Assembly (NCBI GenBank): GCA_963703315.1
Contig: OY969811.1
Span: 4,224,001-4,288,000, forward strand
Direction of reading: 5' to 3'
Length of the DNA stretch: 64,000 bases
Source: an uncultured cyanobacterium
GTDB taxonomy: Bacteria; Cyanobacteriota; Cyanobacteriia; Pseudanabaenales; Pseudanabaenaceae
In this document: one piece after another, positions 51,354 through 61,156 of the stretch
How the letters are laid out: each line of letters begins with the position of its first letter
Position numbering within the stretch: position 1 is the stretch's first letter
Notes under the pieces: model-generated
The model's database searches: none
Seen by the model: the letters and a program-made list of their open reading frames with translations, nothing else
Told to the model about the DNA's origin: nothing
Translations under genes and position numbers: made by a program

Positions 51354-51728
51354 ATGACCTTTAACTTCCACGCCCCCGTAGGACAAGTCATCGCAGGCGA
51401 TCAAACCGTCACAGGCGACAACATCGGCACACAAAACAACTACTACGGCACAGACGACCCCAACACACAACAACTAGCCAACGAACTAGTTGAAATCCTG
51501 CAAGGAATCGTCCCCCAAATCTCCGATCCCACCAGCGAAGCAGGCAAAGAAATCATCACCGCCGCCGCAATGGAAGAGATAGAAAACAAACCAACCCTTA
51601 AAGATCGTCTAGTTGCTGCATTTAAAGCAGGTGCATTTGAAGCCATCAAAAAAATTGCCAAAAATGACTTTGTGGAAGTCTTCCTTACCGCCTTCAAAGC
51701 AGGACTTGAAGCCAAACCTAAAAAGTGA
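51354..51728 (+). CDS. Small protein: N-terminal motif matching the NACHT C-terminus + helical domain (candidate effector)
   Basis: MTFNFHAPVGQVIAGDQTVTGDNIGTQNN followed by amphipathic helices (PTLKDRLVAAFKAGAFEAIKKI...FVEVFLTAFKAGL). Confidence 0.75.
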   Translation: MTFNFHAPVGQVIAGDQTVTGDNIGTQNNYYGTDDPNTQQLANELVEILQGIVPQISDPTSEAGKEIITAAAMEEIENKPTLKDRLVAAFKAGAFEAIKKIAKNDFVEVFLTAFKAGLEAKPKK

Positions 51729-51795
51729 AATTACTGTTCCACATATCAGCAACATCACAGAGCAAAACTGATGACAGTTTAGAGAGCAAAACCAC

Positions 51796-52089
51796 ATGAA
51801 AACAGCAACCATCTCCCGCCATGTCACCCGCAACCCTGAAGTCCTCTCAGGCGAACCAATTATCGATGGAACCAGAACACCCGTTAGAGCGATCGTCGAA
51901 AATTGGCGCTTAGGAGTTAGACCAGAAGAAATTCCATTACATTTACCCCACCTCAATCTCGCGCAAATCTTTGATGCCCTTAGCTTTTACCTAGACAATC
52001 AAGCAGAAATCAACGAATACATCGAACGCAACCACGTTCCCGATGAGCTAGTACATCCACTTATCAAAGCTAGACTAAATCAAAGATGA
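51796..52089 (+). CDS. DUF433 family antitoxin
   Basis: RNPEVLSGEPIIDGTRTPVRAIV...LAQIFDALSFY. Confidence 0.88.
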   Translation: MKTATISRHVTRNPEVLSGEPIIDGTRTPVRAIVENWRLGVRPEEIPLHLPHLNLAQIFDALSFYLDNQAEINEYIERNHVPDELVHPLIKARLNQR

Positions 52090-52430
52090 CTATTTTTGCT
52101 CAAGTTTATATTGATGAAGATGTGGATATTCTAGTTGCCACCCTACTCATCGCTAGAGGATTGGACGCAACCACAGCAAGACAGCAGAGAACCTTAGGCG
52201 AACTCGATCCCCAACAACTAGCTTTTGCAGCATCAATGGGGCGTTGTATGCTGACCCACAACCGACTCGATTTTGAGAAACTACATACGAGTTATGTCTT
52301 GAATAACCAGACACACGCAGGAATCATAATCGCAAAACGGAGAAATCCCTATGAAATTGCCGAAAGGGTTGCCATGCTTCTTGATACCTTGACAGCCGAT
52401 GAAATTGCGAATCAATTGCTTTACATTTAA
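52086..52430 (+). CDS. DUF5615 (PIN/Mut7-C-like) toxin
   Basis: YIDEDV...D.QQLAFAA..GRCMLTHNRLDF...HAGIII; ATGA overlap with DUF433. Confidence 0.85.
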   Translation: MTIFAQVYIDEDVDILVATLLIARGLDATTARQQRTLGELDPQQLAFAASMGRCMLTHNRLDFEKLHTSYVLNNQTHAGIIIAKRRNPYEIAERVAMLLDTLTADEIANQLLYI

Positions 52431-52492
52431 GGCGATCGCCACATCAATATATAAATCCAACACTATACTGTAAAGATTAATCAGGAGGACTG

Positions 52493-52816
52493 ATGAACTT
52501 AACCGAATCAGCAAATACTTCCATGAAAACGTTTTCTCTACAAGTACAAAAAGAAGGACAAATTAACATTCCTCAAGATGTGCTAAACACCCTGCAAACC
52601 CACGAAGGACAAACCCTCATCCTGCTCCAAATCGGTGAATTTGCCGTAATTGTCCCCAGAATCCCCCAAGTTACAACACTGACAGAAAACTTTGTATCCT
52701 TAATGAATGCAAGTAATGTCACCGTCGATGAACTGTTAGAAGGGCTACAAGAAGAACGTCAAGCAATTTGGCAAGAGCAACAAGAAATTCGCTCAATTCT
52801 TACCCAAGAACTTTAA
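52493..52816 (+). CDS. AbrB/MazE-like antitoxin, apparently orphan
   Basis: LQVQKEGQINIPQDV...EGQTL swapped-hairpin pattern; no cognate toxin follows. Confidence 0.55.
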   Translation: MNLTESANTSMKTFSLQVQKEGQINIPQDVLNTLQTHEGQTLILLQIGEFAVIVPRIPQVTTLTENFVSLMNASNVTVDELLEGLQEERQAIWQEQQEIRSILTQEL

Positions 52817-52824
52817 AATTAAAC

Positions 52825-53517
52825 ATGACAAATGCAGCCCAACTTCAAAACCTTCCAGCCTATACAGTAGCCGATGCCGCTCGTTACCTGCGGATTCCAT
52901 CGGGTACATTACAAGCTTGGCTACATGGGCGTACCTACAACACCAAAGACGGACAACAATTTTCCGCACCCCTCATCCAGCGCCCTAGCACCGAATTTTC
53001 ACAACTCTCATTTATCAACCTCGTAGAAGCCCATGTATTACGAGTGATTCGCCAAGACCACAATATCCGCCTAGACAAAGTTCGCACCGCCCTTGACTAC
53101 ATCGAACGTGAATTTGCTACCCCACATCCCCTCGCAAGCATCGACTTCCAGACCGATGGCGTAAACCTCTTTGTCGAATCTGTAGGAAAACTGATTAACG
53201 CCTCCGAAAATGGACAGTTAGCCATGCGTCAAACCCTTAACCAACTCCTCAAACGCATCGAATACGATCGCCAAGTTGCCATTCGCCTATTCCCCAACCT
53301 GCGCCCCAATCAATCTGATAGCCCAAAAATTCTCGTCTTCGATCCCGCCGTATCCTTTGGGCGTTTAGCGATCGCTGATACAGGCATTCCCACATCCATC
53401 GTTGTCGAACGCTATCGAGCAGGAGATTCAATCGATTTACTTGCTGAAGACTACGGCTGCACAAGACTCCAAATCGAAGAAGCGATCCGCTACGAACTCC
53501 CTCCTCAAATTGCGTGA
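52825..53517 (+). CDS. HTH + DUF433 antitoxin (VapB45-like)
   Basis: PAYTVADAARYLRIPSGTLQAW, LSFINLVEAHV, DPAVSFGR...GDSIDLLAEDY. Confidence 0.82.
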   Translation: MTNAAQLQNLPAYTVADAARYLRIPSGTLQAWLHGRTYNTKDGQQFSAPLIQRPSTEFSQLSFINLVEAHVLRVIRQDHNIRLDKVRTALDYIEREFATPHPLASIDFQTDGVNLFVESVGKLINASENGQLAMRQTLNQLLKRIEYDRQVAIRLFPNLRPNQSDSPKILVFDPAVSFGRLAIADTGIPTSIVVERYRAGDSIDLLAEDYGCTRLQIEEAIRYELPPQIA

Positions 53518-53957
53518 ACAAGAAAAATACCGATAAGCCGATCTTTTTTGTAGATAGAGCCTTAGGCAAAAATCTAGTCAAAATCTTACGGAACTCAGGC
53601 GCAAATGCCGAAGCGCATATCAAGCATTTTGCCCCCAATTCTCCAGATGTCGAATGGTTGCCCGAAGTCAGCCTCAGAGGATGGATTGTCTTGACTAAAG
53701 ATGCCAATCTGGGACGTACACCCTCTGAGCAAATAGCGATCGCCAGTTCTAATGCAAGAGTTTTTGTTTTAGCGATCGGTGATGCCAGTGGTGAAGAAAT
53801 GGCACAAACTTTTATTCAGGCTTTAGACAGCATCGAGAGATTCATCAAGGGAAATCAATCCCCTTTCATCGCAAAAGTTTATCAAAACAGCAGAGTTTCA
53901 ATCTGGCAAAACCACACAAAACTTTTGAAGATGCTACAACGATCTAATGAGTTGTAA
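53514..53957 (+). CDS. PIN-like toxin (VapC45-like)
   Basis: FFVDRALGK...SPDVEWLPEV..RGWIVLTKD; GTGA overlap with the antitoxin. Confidence 0.82.
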   Translation: MNKKNTDKPIFFVDRALGKNLVKILRNSGANAEAHIKHFAPNSPDVEWLPEVSLRGWIVLTKDANLGRTPSEQIAIASSNARVFVLAIGDASGEEMAQTFIQALDSIERFIKGNQSPFIAKVYQNSRVSIWQNHTKLLKMLQRSNEL

Positions 53958-54009
53958 AGATATAACGAGAACTTCCCAGTGCCTTTGACAGCCGATGAAA
54001 TTGCTAATC

Positions 54010-54135
54010 AAAACTCAAGACGATGTAGAGAATGAGTTAATTTTTGACACTGTGCGCGATCGCTATCAACTAATGCGTATTGGCTGGAAAGGCTTGAAGC
54101 AGGTCGTTCTGCATTTTGATATAACCAGCAGATAA
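54010..54135 (+). pseudogene. XisI-family remnant
   Basis: Manual translation KTQDDVENELIFDTVRDRYQLMRIGWKGLKQVVLHFDITSR*. Confidence 0.7.
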
Positions 54136-54161
54136 TGTCGGTGCAAAGCACCGACATTATC

Positions 54162-54635
54162 CTACTTGGATCTTTGAGATCTGAGAAAGCCACTGATTGT
54201 TAGAAAAGTCTTGTTATTACCAAGAAACTCTTTCTTTTCGTCATCATCGACCGTACCCACAAGACTGTTAAACGCACCAATCGCAGCATTAAACTTATCT
54301 ATATCAATAGAAACTGAACCCTGTTGAATCGATGGTCTACCATTAGCATCAAGAGGAATTAAGGCGATGACTTGATCAACTAAGTTCGCTAATAGTTGTT
54401 CATTGATACCTGCACCTTTTAATGAATTAAGCACATTATCTCTAGAACCTAGTTCTATTAAAGCATTGAGTTCAGCTAGGGAAATGTTGAGTAGAGTAGT
54501 TTTGATAGAACCAGAACCAAAGGGACTATTAGATGTTGAGGTTCCGGGACTAATCGGAGTTGTCCCAGCCATAGCAGGTAAAACACTGCTAAAGCTAAGG
54601 AATGAGGCGAATACAACTGATAATGTCTTTCTCAT
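54162..54635 (-). CDS. Hypothetical secreted protein
   Basis: Signal peptide ending PAMA; IDKFNAAIGAFNSLV helix. Confidence 0.6.
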   Translation of the reverse strand: MRKTLSVVFASFLSFSSVLPAMAGTTPISPGTSTSNSPFGSGSIKTTLLNISLAELNALIELGSRDNVLNSLKGAGINEQLLANLVDQVIALIPLDANGRPSIQQGSVSIDIDKFNAAIGAFNSLVGTVDDDEKKEFLGNNKTFLTISGFLRSQRSK

Positions 54636-54702
54636 AGAAAATGACCTATAGACCTATATTGTTTCAATCGTGGAAGATAAATCTCTTATATTTATCTGCT
54701 CT

Positions 54703-55812
54703 TTATCTGCGCCCAAGATAATTAAATCCATAGGTAACGCCTAAAATAACCTGAGTGCCAGCATCACTGTTGTTAGTGATATCGGAGTAGGTCAAATTAA
54801 TATTTAGTGGTAATGAGCGATCGGGTAGGAATCCAACAGAAAAATTGAGTCCTTGTCCAGACCAAGCAGTACTGACACCCCACTGTGGATCTACTAGATA
54901 GCCAAGACTGCCGAAAACACCTAAACCACCATTGCTGTCTGATCTGCGATAGGTTCCGCCACCGACACCAGCCGAAAAAATCAAAGGCTTAGGATTATCT
55001 TTATCTTCAGGATTGGTGATCCGTGAAAGTGTCGCCACTCCATAGACCGAGGATGGAGTACCACCTGCATTACTGCCATAGTTTGCGAAGTTTGTCCAAC
55101 CGACAGCAAGCCCAACTTGGTTCTCTGTATCTCCATAAATCACTTTATGAACCTTCAGATCGAACGAACCATTTTCGGCAAATCTACGGATACTGTTGAT
55201 GTTAAATACACCTTCAACTGCAAAATACTGATTTGCATCACCTAAACCAGTACCTAGAGAAATACTGCCATCAACATTATCTCTCAGTCTACCTGCGGTT
55301 GCTCCAAAAACACCGATAAACCCATCACCAGTTTCTAAACCAAATCCACTAGGTGTCCCTGCATTTAATCCAGGAAGGTATGAAGGCTTAACAGAAATCG
55401 GTGTGATCTTCAGAAATGGCGAAATAGATGTGGGTGACGCTTGAGTGAGTCTGATATTGTTTTGAGCAGATTCCATTAGATCACTGTTGGGCTGAGCAGA
55501 AATCGTAATAGAAGAACTAGTCTTAAAGTCGAGATGAGAAGGAGCTTTCAGATCCTTTGCAGAATCAGGAAGTCTATTACTTAGAGGGGGTTTGGTAGTA
55601 TTCTTTGCCGTGCTTTTAGCAGTGCTGGTATTAGAACCCTTCTTATTTGGCATTTGGGTATTGCCAGATTGTTTGGTAGTAGAGTTGACTACCTTTTTAT
55701 TAGTAATTTTGGGCTGTGCGGAGACATTGTTTTGAGCGATCGCGCTCATGCCAATGATTGCTCCTGCAAAGGTCAGCATCAATTTATTGATTGTCAAGAT
55801 TCCCTTCGACAT
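54703..55812 (-). CDS. Hypothetical outer-membrane beta-barrel-like protein
   Basis: Signal peptide, disordered linker, Gly/aromatic-rich beta strands, C-terminal GVTYGFNY. Confidence 0.6.
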   Translation of the reverse strand: MSKGILTINKLMLTFAGAIIGMSAIAQNNVSAQPKITNKKVVNSTTKQSGNTQMPNKKGSNTSTAKSTAKNTTKPPLSNRLPDSAKDLKAPSHLDFKTSSSITISAQPNSDLMESAQNNIRLTQASPTSISPFLKITPISVKPSYLPGLNAGTPSGFGLETGDGFIGVFGATAGRLRDNVDGSISLGTGLGDANQYFAVEGVFNINSIRRFAENGSFDLKVHKVIYGDTENQVGLAVGWTNFANYGSNAGGTPSSVYGVATLSRITNPEDKDNPKPLIFSAGVGGGTYRRSDSNGGLGVFGSLGYLVDPQWGVSTAWSGQGLNFSVGFLPDRSLPLNINLTYSDITNNSDAGTQVILGVTYGFNYLGRR

Positions 55813-56217
55813 TTATACATTCCTCATCCATAAGATATAGCGAATTGAGAATGAGTATGTACGCATTCTCAAACCAAAAAATTAATTACAGTGTCGGTTG
55901 TGGGATTTTCATGTTGTCGTAAACAACATGAAAGTCGCGATAACTTGGCTGAATTTATGGAAATCGTGCAATCTTAGGCTTCAATCACTCACTCTCAAAA
56001 AGCGATCGCTTTTTTTAACAACAACACAAAAATAAAACTTTTTTAAGATTTCAGCACGAATTCTTTTGCCATAGAGGTTTTCAATGATACATGATCATCT
56101 TGTAAATAGTTGTTTTTTCCGTAACTTTCAAAAGTTTAATATAAGGAATCAGACTTTTTGTAGCGTGGTTTTGCCGCGCTACAAAAAGTGTAAATCGCAG
56201 AACCCTAACGGTATTTC

Positions 56218-56895
56218 ATGTCTGAACTTAAACCTGAAGCAATCAGCAAGACGATCGCCGATCGCATTCATCAACTTCGCGCTAATATTCCTGCCCATGT
56301 CAAACTCGTCGCTGTTAGCAAATACACCACTACTGAAGCGATTCGGGTTGCTTACGATGCAGGAATTAGAGACTTTGGTGAATCGCGGGTACAGGAGTCC
56401 AAACTTAAGCAAGCAGAATTGGCAGATTTAACCGATATCACTTGGCACATGATCGGTAGTTTACAAAGCAATAAGGCAAAACAAGCGATCGCCCAATTTG
56501 ATTGGATTCATTCCATCGATCGCCTCAGTCTTGCCGAACAATGCGATCGCCTCATTCCTGAACTTGGCAAATCTCCAAAGCTATTGTTGCAAGTTAAGCT
56601 AGCCGACGATCCTACTAAATCTGGTTGGTCAGCATCAGAACTATTAGCTGATTTACCCCAATTAACCAAATTACAAAATCTCAACATCGTGGGGCTGATG
56701 ACCATTTTGCCTCTGGGCTTAAATGATGAGCAAGCTTACCAAGTTTTTCATAGTGCGGCTAATTTGACCGAGAAACTGCGATCGCTTGGTTGGAGTAATA
56801 TCCATGAACTCTCGATGGGAATGTCGGCGGACTATGCGATCGCTATCAAAGCTGGCGCAACTATGATTAGGGTCGGCAGCCAAATTTTCAAATAA
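56218..56895 (+). CDS. pipY: YggS-family PLP homeostasis protein (PipY)
   Basis: LVAVSKY, FGESRVQE, WHMIGSLQSNK, LSMGMSADY, GATMIRVG. Confidence 0.9.
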   Translation: MSELKPEAISKTIADRIHQLRANIPAHVKLVAVSKYTTTEAIRVAYDAGIRDFGESRVQESKLKQAELADLTDITWHMIGSLQSNKAKQAIAQFDWIHSIDRLSLAEQCDRLIPELGKSPKLLLQVKLADDPTKSGWSASELLADLPQLTKLQNLNIVGLMTILPLGLNDEQAYQVFHSAANLTEKLRSLGWSNIHELSMGMSADYAIAIKAGATMIRVGSQIFK

Positions 56896-56925
56896 ATAAG
56901 CCGCCTTACGGCGGCTTATTTATTT
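56890..56925. terminator. Bidirectional terminator
   Basis: AAATAAATAAGCCGCC-TTAC-GGCGGCTTATTTATTT between convergent genes. Confidence 0.7.
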
Positions 56926-57351
56926 GAAAATATAGACTTTGCTAAATCCGTAGGTCACTACTGAGGCAATTAGTGAGGCAATCACAAAGGCGATCGTATC
57001 TCGAAATTGGGCTAGTATCGTGAAAGGGAATAGTAAATAACGAATTAAGAGGGAAGAAGCGATCGTTACTCCCATCCCCACTAACTGTACTAATGTGTAG
57101 TAAGTGAATTTATACTTAAATGAACGGAGTTGCTTTTTTCGAGTTTGAAATGTAAAGCGACTCTGCAAAAAGTAACTCAGACCAAGACCAATTACATAGA
57201 CGATCGCCACTGACATTACATACTCACCAGTTGAACCCTCTAAAAATCTGCCAATCACATCGCGCAGCACAATTGATACCAACGTCACAAAGCCCCCAAC
57301 CACAAAGTAGACGGGATATCGAGAGAATATATTCAAAAATTTACGCTTCAT
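56920..57351 (-). CDS. GtrA-family membrane protein
   Basis: YFVVGGFVTLV...SYFLQSRFTF...YGFSKVYIFK, four TM segments. Confidence 0.75.
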   Translation of the reverse strand: MKRKFLNIFSRYPVYFVVGGFVTLVSIVLRDVIGRFLEGSTGEYVMSVAIVYVIGLGLSYFLQSRFTFQTRKKQLRSFKYKFTYYTLVQLVGMGVTIASSLLIRYLLFPFTILAQFRDTIAFVIASLIASVVTYGFSKVYIFK

Positions 57352-58131
57352 TATTTATTTCTAGGGTTGCCAGATATCCTCAAACCTGATATAAGTTTTA
57401 GCGTTCGCACTTAGCAGTAAGCTTCTATATGCAGCGCTAGAGTCTAGTTGCAAATCTTACAAGGTCTGCTTACAAGTCAAATAAACCTTAAGAAATGCAT
57501 TGCTTGACAACTGTTTTTGTAGCCTAGAATACTCTAATCACAAATAAAAATAGTAATGCGATTCAGATCGTCAATTATGTGATAGATGACTACTCAATTT
57601 AATGTTGCTATTGCAATAATTACCGACGAATAGTGATTAGTCGGTTTGGTAAACTATGCCTTTAACTAAGTTTTGATTTTGATATCACATATTCAATCAC
57701 CATCATTTAGACTCACATAGACGCTCTTAATGAGCATCTATTGAAATTAGTAAAAACCTCATTAGTAGGCGAGTTTGCCTAATTATAAAAAACTTGTTAA
57801 GCCTTAAAAAGCTATCTGCATAGGTAATTAGTTTGCCGAAGTAGTTAAGTCCTAGATATGGCAAGGCTTTGTCAAATAAAAGTCGTATTTTGTCGTATTA
57901 AAAAAAATTAACAAGTGTATCTAGCTTTTTTTCCTGTTATCGGTTACAGTCTGCGAGTAAATATTTTGTCAATACTGTTTTGGACTGTAGAGACAATTCA
58001 ACATAACTAGACAAAGTAATCTTTTGCTTGATTAGATTGCTTTATTAGAGCGCACTCCTCATCTAGTCTAGAAGTATGATGTTTCGGTTTACAAGCCAAA
58101 ACTGAGGAGCAAACACTAGGAGTTAATTACG

Positions 58132-58719
58132 ATGGGAATTTTTACAAAGCTCAAGGATTTCGTTGGTTTGACTGAAGCTCAAGAGTATGAATATGAGTAC
58201 GATGAAGCCTCCAGTAATGAATACCAAGGACTTTATCAAGAAGAAAATGGCGCGATTGCTCAAGAACCTGAAGAGCCACAAGCTCGCCGTACCCGTGAGC
58301 GCCCTACTACATCTTTAAGATCTAATTCTGATGGTTTGAGCAATGTAATCGGTATGCCTGGCGCTGCAAATGGTTTGTCCCAAGTGATGGTGATGGAGCC
58401 TCGCAGCTTTGAAGAAATGCCCCAAGCAATCCAAGCATTGCGCGAACGTAAATCAGTAGTTCTCAACCTCACCATGATGGACCCTGATCAAGCGCAACGT
58501 GCAGTTGACTTCGTTGCTGGTGGTACTTATGCCCTTGATGGACATCAAGAACGGATTGGCGACAGCATTTTCTTGTTCGCTCCTTCTTGTGTTCAAGTCA
58601 CATCCCAGTCTTCTGTGCTAAATGATGCACCTATGCCTCAGCCTCGCGTAGTCCGTCCTACCGCAGCACCCGCTCCTGCATGGGCATCAGAAGCATCCGT
58701 GAGCCGTTTTGCTCAATAA
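58132..58719 (+). CDS. sepF: Cell division protein SepF
   Basis: [25 protein letters not shown]...[23 protein letters not shown]. Confidence 0.95.
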   Translation: MGIFTKLKDFVGLTEAQEYEYEYDEASSNEYQGLYQEENGAIAQEPEEPQARRTRERPTTSLRSNSDGLSNVIGMPGAANGLSQVMVMEPRSFEEMPQAIQALRERKSVVLNLTMMDPDQAQRAVDFVAGGTYALDGHQERIGDSIFLFAPSCVQVTSQSSVLNDAPMPQPRVVRPTAAPAPAWASEASVSRFAQ

Positions 58720-58829
58720 CAGGATCACCAACTAACTATCGCCGTTATGTCTAAGAACAATCTCAACCCAGAATGTAGATGCGCGGCGCTTAGCGCTGCA
58801 TCTGCATTATTCTGGGTTTGTTGTAGTTA

Positions 58830-59639
58830 GTGATTGGTGAATTCTTGAAAGCTCAACTTGGTATTGTCGGCGGTGGTGTCATGGGTGAGGCAATTTTGTC
58901 TCGTCTTGTCACTAGTGGCGTTTATCTAGCAACCGATATCTGTGTCAGTGATCCGATGCCAGAGCGTCGTGATCTCTTAGCAAAAAAATATGGCGTGCAA
59001 GTTACGCCAAACAATTTAGTGGCGGCGGAAGCAGAGGTGATGCTTTTAGCCGTTAAGCCGCAATCATTGAATATCGCGGCGATTGGTTTAGCAGATGCTC
59101 CTGCGCCTTGTATTGTGTCGATTTTGGCTGGGGTAACCTTGGCACAACTAGAGGTGATGTTTCCCTCGAAGTCGATTATTCGAGCGATGCCCAATACACC
59201 AGCACAGGTAGGTGCGGGAGTAACTGCGATCGCTGCTAATGCATCAGTCACCCCAGCCCAACTAGTGGCTGGTAAAAAAATTTTTGAGGCGGTTGGCACA
59301 GTGGTCGAAGTGTCTGAATCGCTGATGAATGCCGTCACAGGACTATCGGGTTCGGGACCTGCCTATGTGGCGGTGATGATTGAAGCAATGGCAGATGGTG
59401 GTGTTGCCGCAGGTTTGCCCAGAGCGATCGCCTTTCAACTTGCCACCCAAACGGTTTTAGGGACAGCGCAATTATTAACCGAAACTAAGCTCCATCCTGC
59501 TCAGCTAAAGGATCAAGTTACTAGTCCAGCAGGGACGACTATTGCCGCGATCGCTCAGTTAGAAAAAGCAGGCTTGCGTTCCGCTATGATAGAAGCTGTA
59601 CTTGCTGCAACCCGTCGTGCGGAAGAATTAGGCAAGTAG
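58830..59639 (+). CDS. proC: Pyrroline-5-carboxylate reductase
   Basis: GGGVMGEA, LAVKPQ, RAMPNTP, TGLSGSGPAY, VTSPAGTT. Confidence 0.96.
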   Translation: MIGEFLKAQLGIVGGGVMGEAILSRLVTSGVYLATDICVSDPMPERRDLLAKKYGVQVTPNNLVAAEAEVMLLAVKPQSLNIAAIGLADAPAPCIVSILAGVTLAQLEVMFPSKSIIRAMPNTPAQVGAGVTAIAANASVTPAQLVAGKKIFEAVGTVVEVSESLMNAVTGLSGSGPAYVAVMIEAMADGGVAAGLPRAIAFQLATQTVLGTAQLLTETKLHPAQLKDQVTSPAGTTIAAIAQLEKAGLRSAMIEAVLAATRRAEELGK

Positions 59640-59704
59640 TAAATATTTTTCAGAGTATTGCTCAGCAATGCTCTGAAGGCTGATCAAATTGGGAGTTAGA
59701 GGTT

Positions 59705-60742
59705 TTGGATTATCGTCAAGCGGGTGTAGACATCGAAGCAGGTCGTACCTTCGTTGAAAAAATTCGCGATTCTGTAGCGAGAACCCATCGTCTAGGCGTA
59801 TTAGGCGATCTTGGTGGGTTTGGCGGTTGCTTTGAACTGCCCACAGGCTATCGACAACCCGTACTCGTTTCAGGTACAGACGGCGTTGGTACAAAGCTAA
59901 AAATTGCTCAGGCAGCCAATAAACACGACACGATCGGCATTGATCTAGTCGCCATGTGTGTCAACGATGTGCTGACCTCTGGAGCAGAACCATTATTTTT
60001 CTTAGATTATTTAGCAACTGGTAAGCTGGAACCCGATCAACTGGCGGAAGTAGTGAAGGGCATCGCCGATGGTTGTCAAATGGCAGGTTGTGCGCTCCTC
60101 GGTGGTGAAACGGCGGAAATGCCCGGCTTTTATGGTGTCGGTGAGTATGACGCGGCGGGCTTTTGTGTGGCGATCGCTGAAAAGTCAGAAATGCTCAATG
60201 GTACGCAGGTCAACATTGGCGATGTGGTGATTGGTCTAGCAAGTTCGGGCATTCATAGCAATGGTTATAGCCTTGTTCGCAAGATTATTGAGACTAAACA
60301 TTATAGCTGGGGCGCGAAGTTAGAAATTCCCATCTCGCCTGAAACTCAAGATTTAACTTTAGCCGAGATTTTTCTGACCCCAACTCAAATTTATGTAAAG
60401 CCAGTTTTAGCGGCGTTAAAGGCTAATTTAGGTATTCACGGACTTGCCCATATTACGGGTGGTGGCTTGCCTGAAAACTTGCCTCGTTGCCTCGGTGATG
60501 GTCAAGCCGTCCAAATCTTCCGTAATAGTTGGCAAATTCCCGCCCTCTTCCAATGGCTTCAGTCTGAGGGAGAAGTTCCTGAAACAGATATGTTCAATAC
60601 TTTCAATATGGGCATCGGTTTAGCTGTGGTGGTTGATCCCCAGAAAGTTGATGAGGCGATCGCCTATTTTCAAGCTCAAGGATTTACAACTAATCGCATC
60701 GGTGAAGTCATCGCAGGATCGCGATCGCTAATATTCGTGTAA
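59705..60742 (+). CDS. purM: Phosphoribosylformylglycinamidine cyclo-ligase
   Basis: [46 protein letters not shown]. Confidence 0.97.
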   Translation: MDYRQAGVDIEAGRTFVEKIRDSVARTHRLGVLGDLGGFGGCFELPTGYRQPVLVSGTDGVGTKLKIAQAANKHDTIGIDLVAMCVNDVLTSGAEPLFFLDYLATGKLEPDQLAEVVKGIADGCQMAGCALLGGETAEMPGFYGVGEYDAAGFCVAIAEKSEMLNGTQVNIGDVVIGLASSGIHSNGYSLVRKIIETKHYSWGAKLEIPISPETQDLTLAEIFLTPTQIYVKPVLAALKANLGIHGLAHITGGGLPENLPRCLGDGQAVQIFRNSWQIPALFQWLQSEGEVPETDMFNTFNMGIGLAVVVDPQKVDEAIAYFQAQGFTTNRIGEVIAGSRSLIFV

Positions 60743-60773
60743 AAAAAAGGGGGCGCGTTTCGCCCCCTTTTTT
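60741..60773 (+). terminator. Terminator after purM
   Basis: AAAAAAGGGGGCG-CGTTT-CGCCCCCTTTTTT. Confidence 0.7.
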
Positions 60774-60851
60774 ATGTGTAGGATAGTAGTCAAGATTGCT
60801 AATTGTATTGAGGAAATCTTCATGCTCGAAGTGCAGTTAGAACAAAATTAA

Positions 60852-61001
60852 CTAGATGAAGCGGTTCAAAAAGGTTTTCGACAAGGAATTAATTTGGTTT
60901 TACGAGAAACACCCTTGGATATTGATGATTTGCCGAAAGAATGTCCCTATGCGATCGGGCAAATCCTCGACCCCCAGTTTCCTTTTGAGTCCTCAACATG
61001 A
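60852..61001 (+). pseudogene. C-terminal remnant of a DUF29 protein
   Basis: LDEAVQKGFRQGINLVLRETPLDIDDLPKECPYAIGQILDPQFPFESST*; preceded by an in-frame stop. Confidence 0.7.
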
Positions 61002-61156
61002 AAGGGTTTTTAGCGCTCTCACATGATTAAATAACTGGCTGGATGGTCAGTATATAATTGAATATCTTCTTCTATTTTTAGATGTTCTGCTGAATTCCAT
61101 TTGTAAAATAAAGTTTTTATAACAGCTATAATGAGTTTAATGAAATTCAAGAGGGT

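Noticed and set aside
51796..54135. TA array as an integron cassette array
   Set aside because: No attC-like structures between the genes and no integron integrase in the window.
56179..56412. Antisense ORF with FGLLY, superficially like PipX
   Set aside because: Wrong strand, overlaps pipY, and the rest does not resemble PipX.
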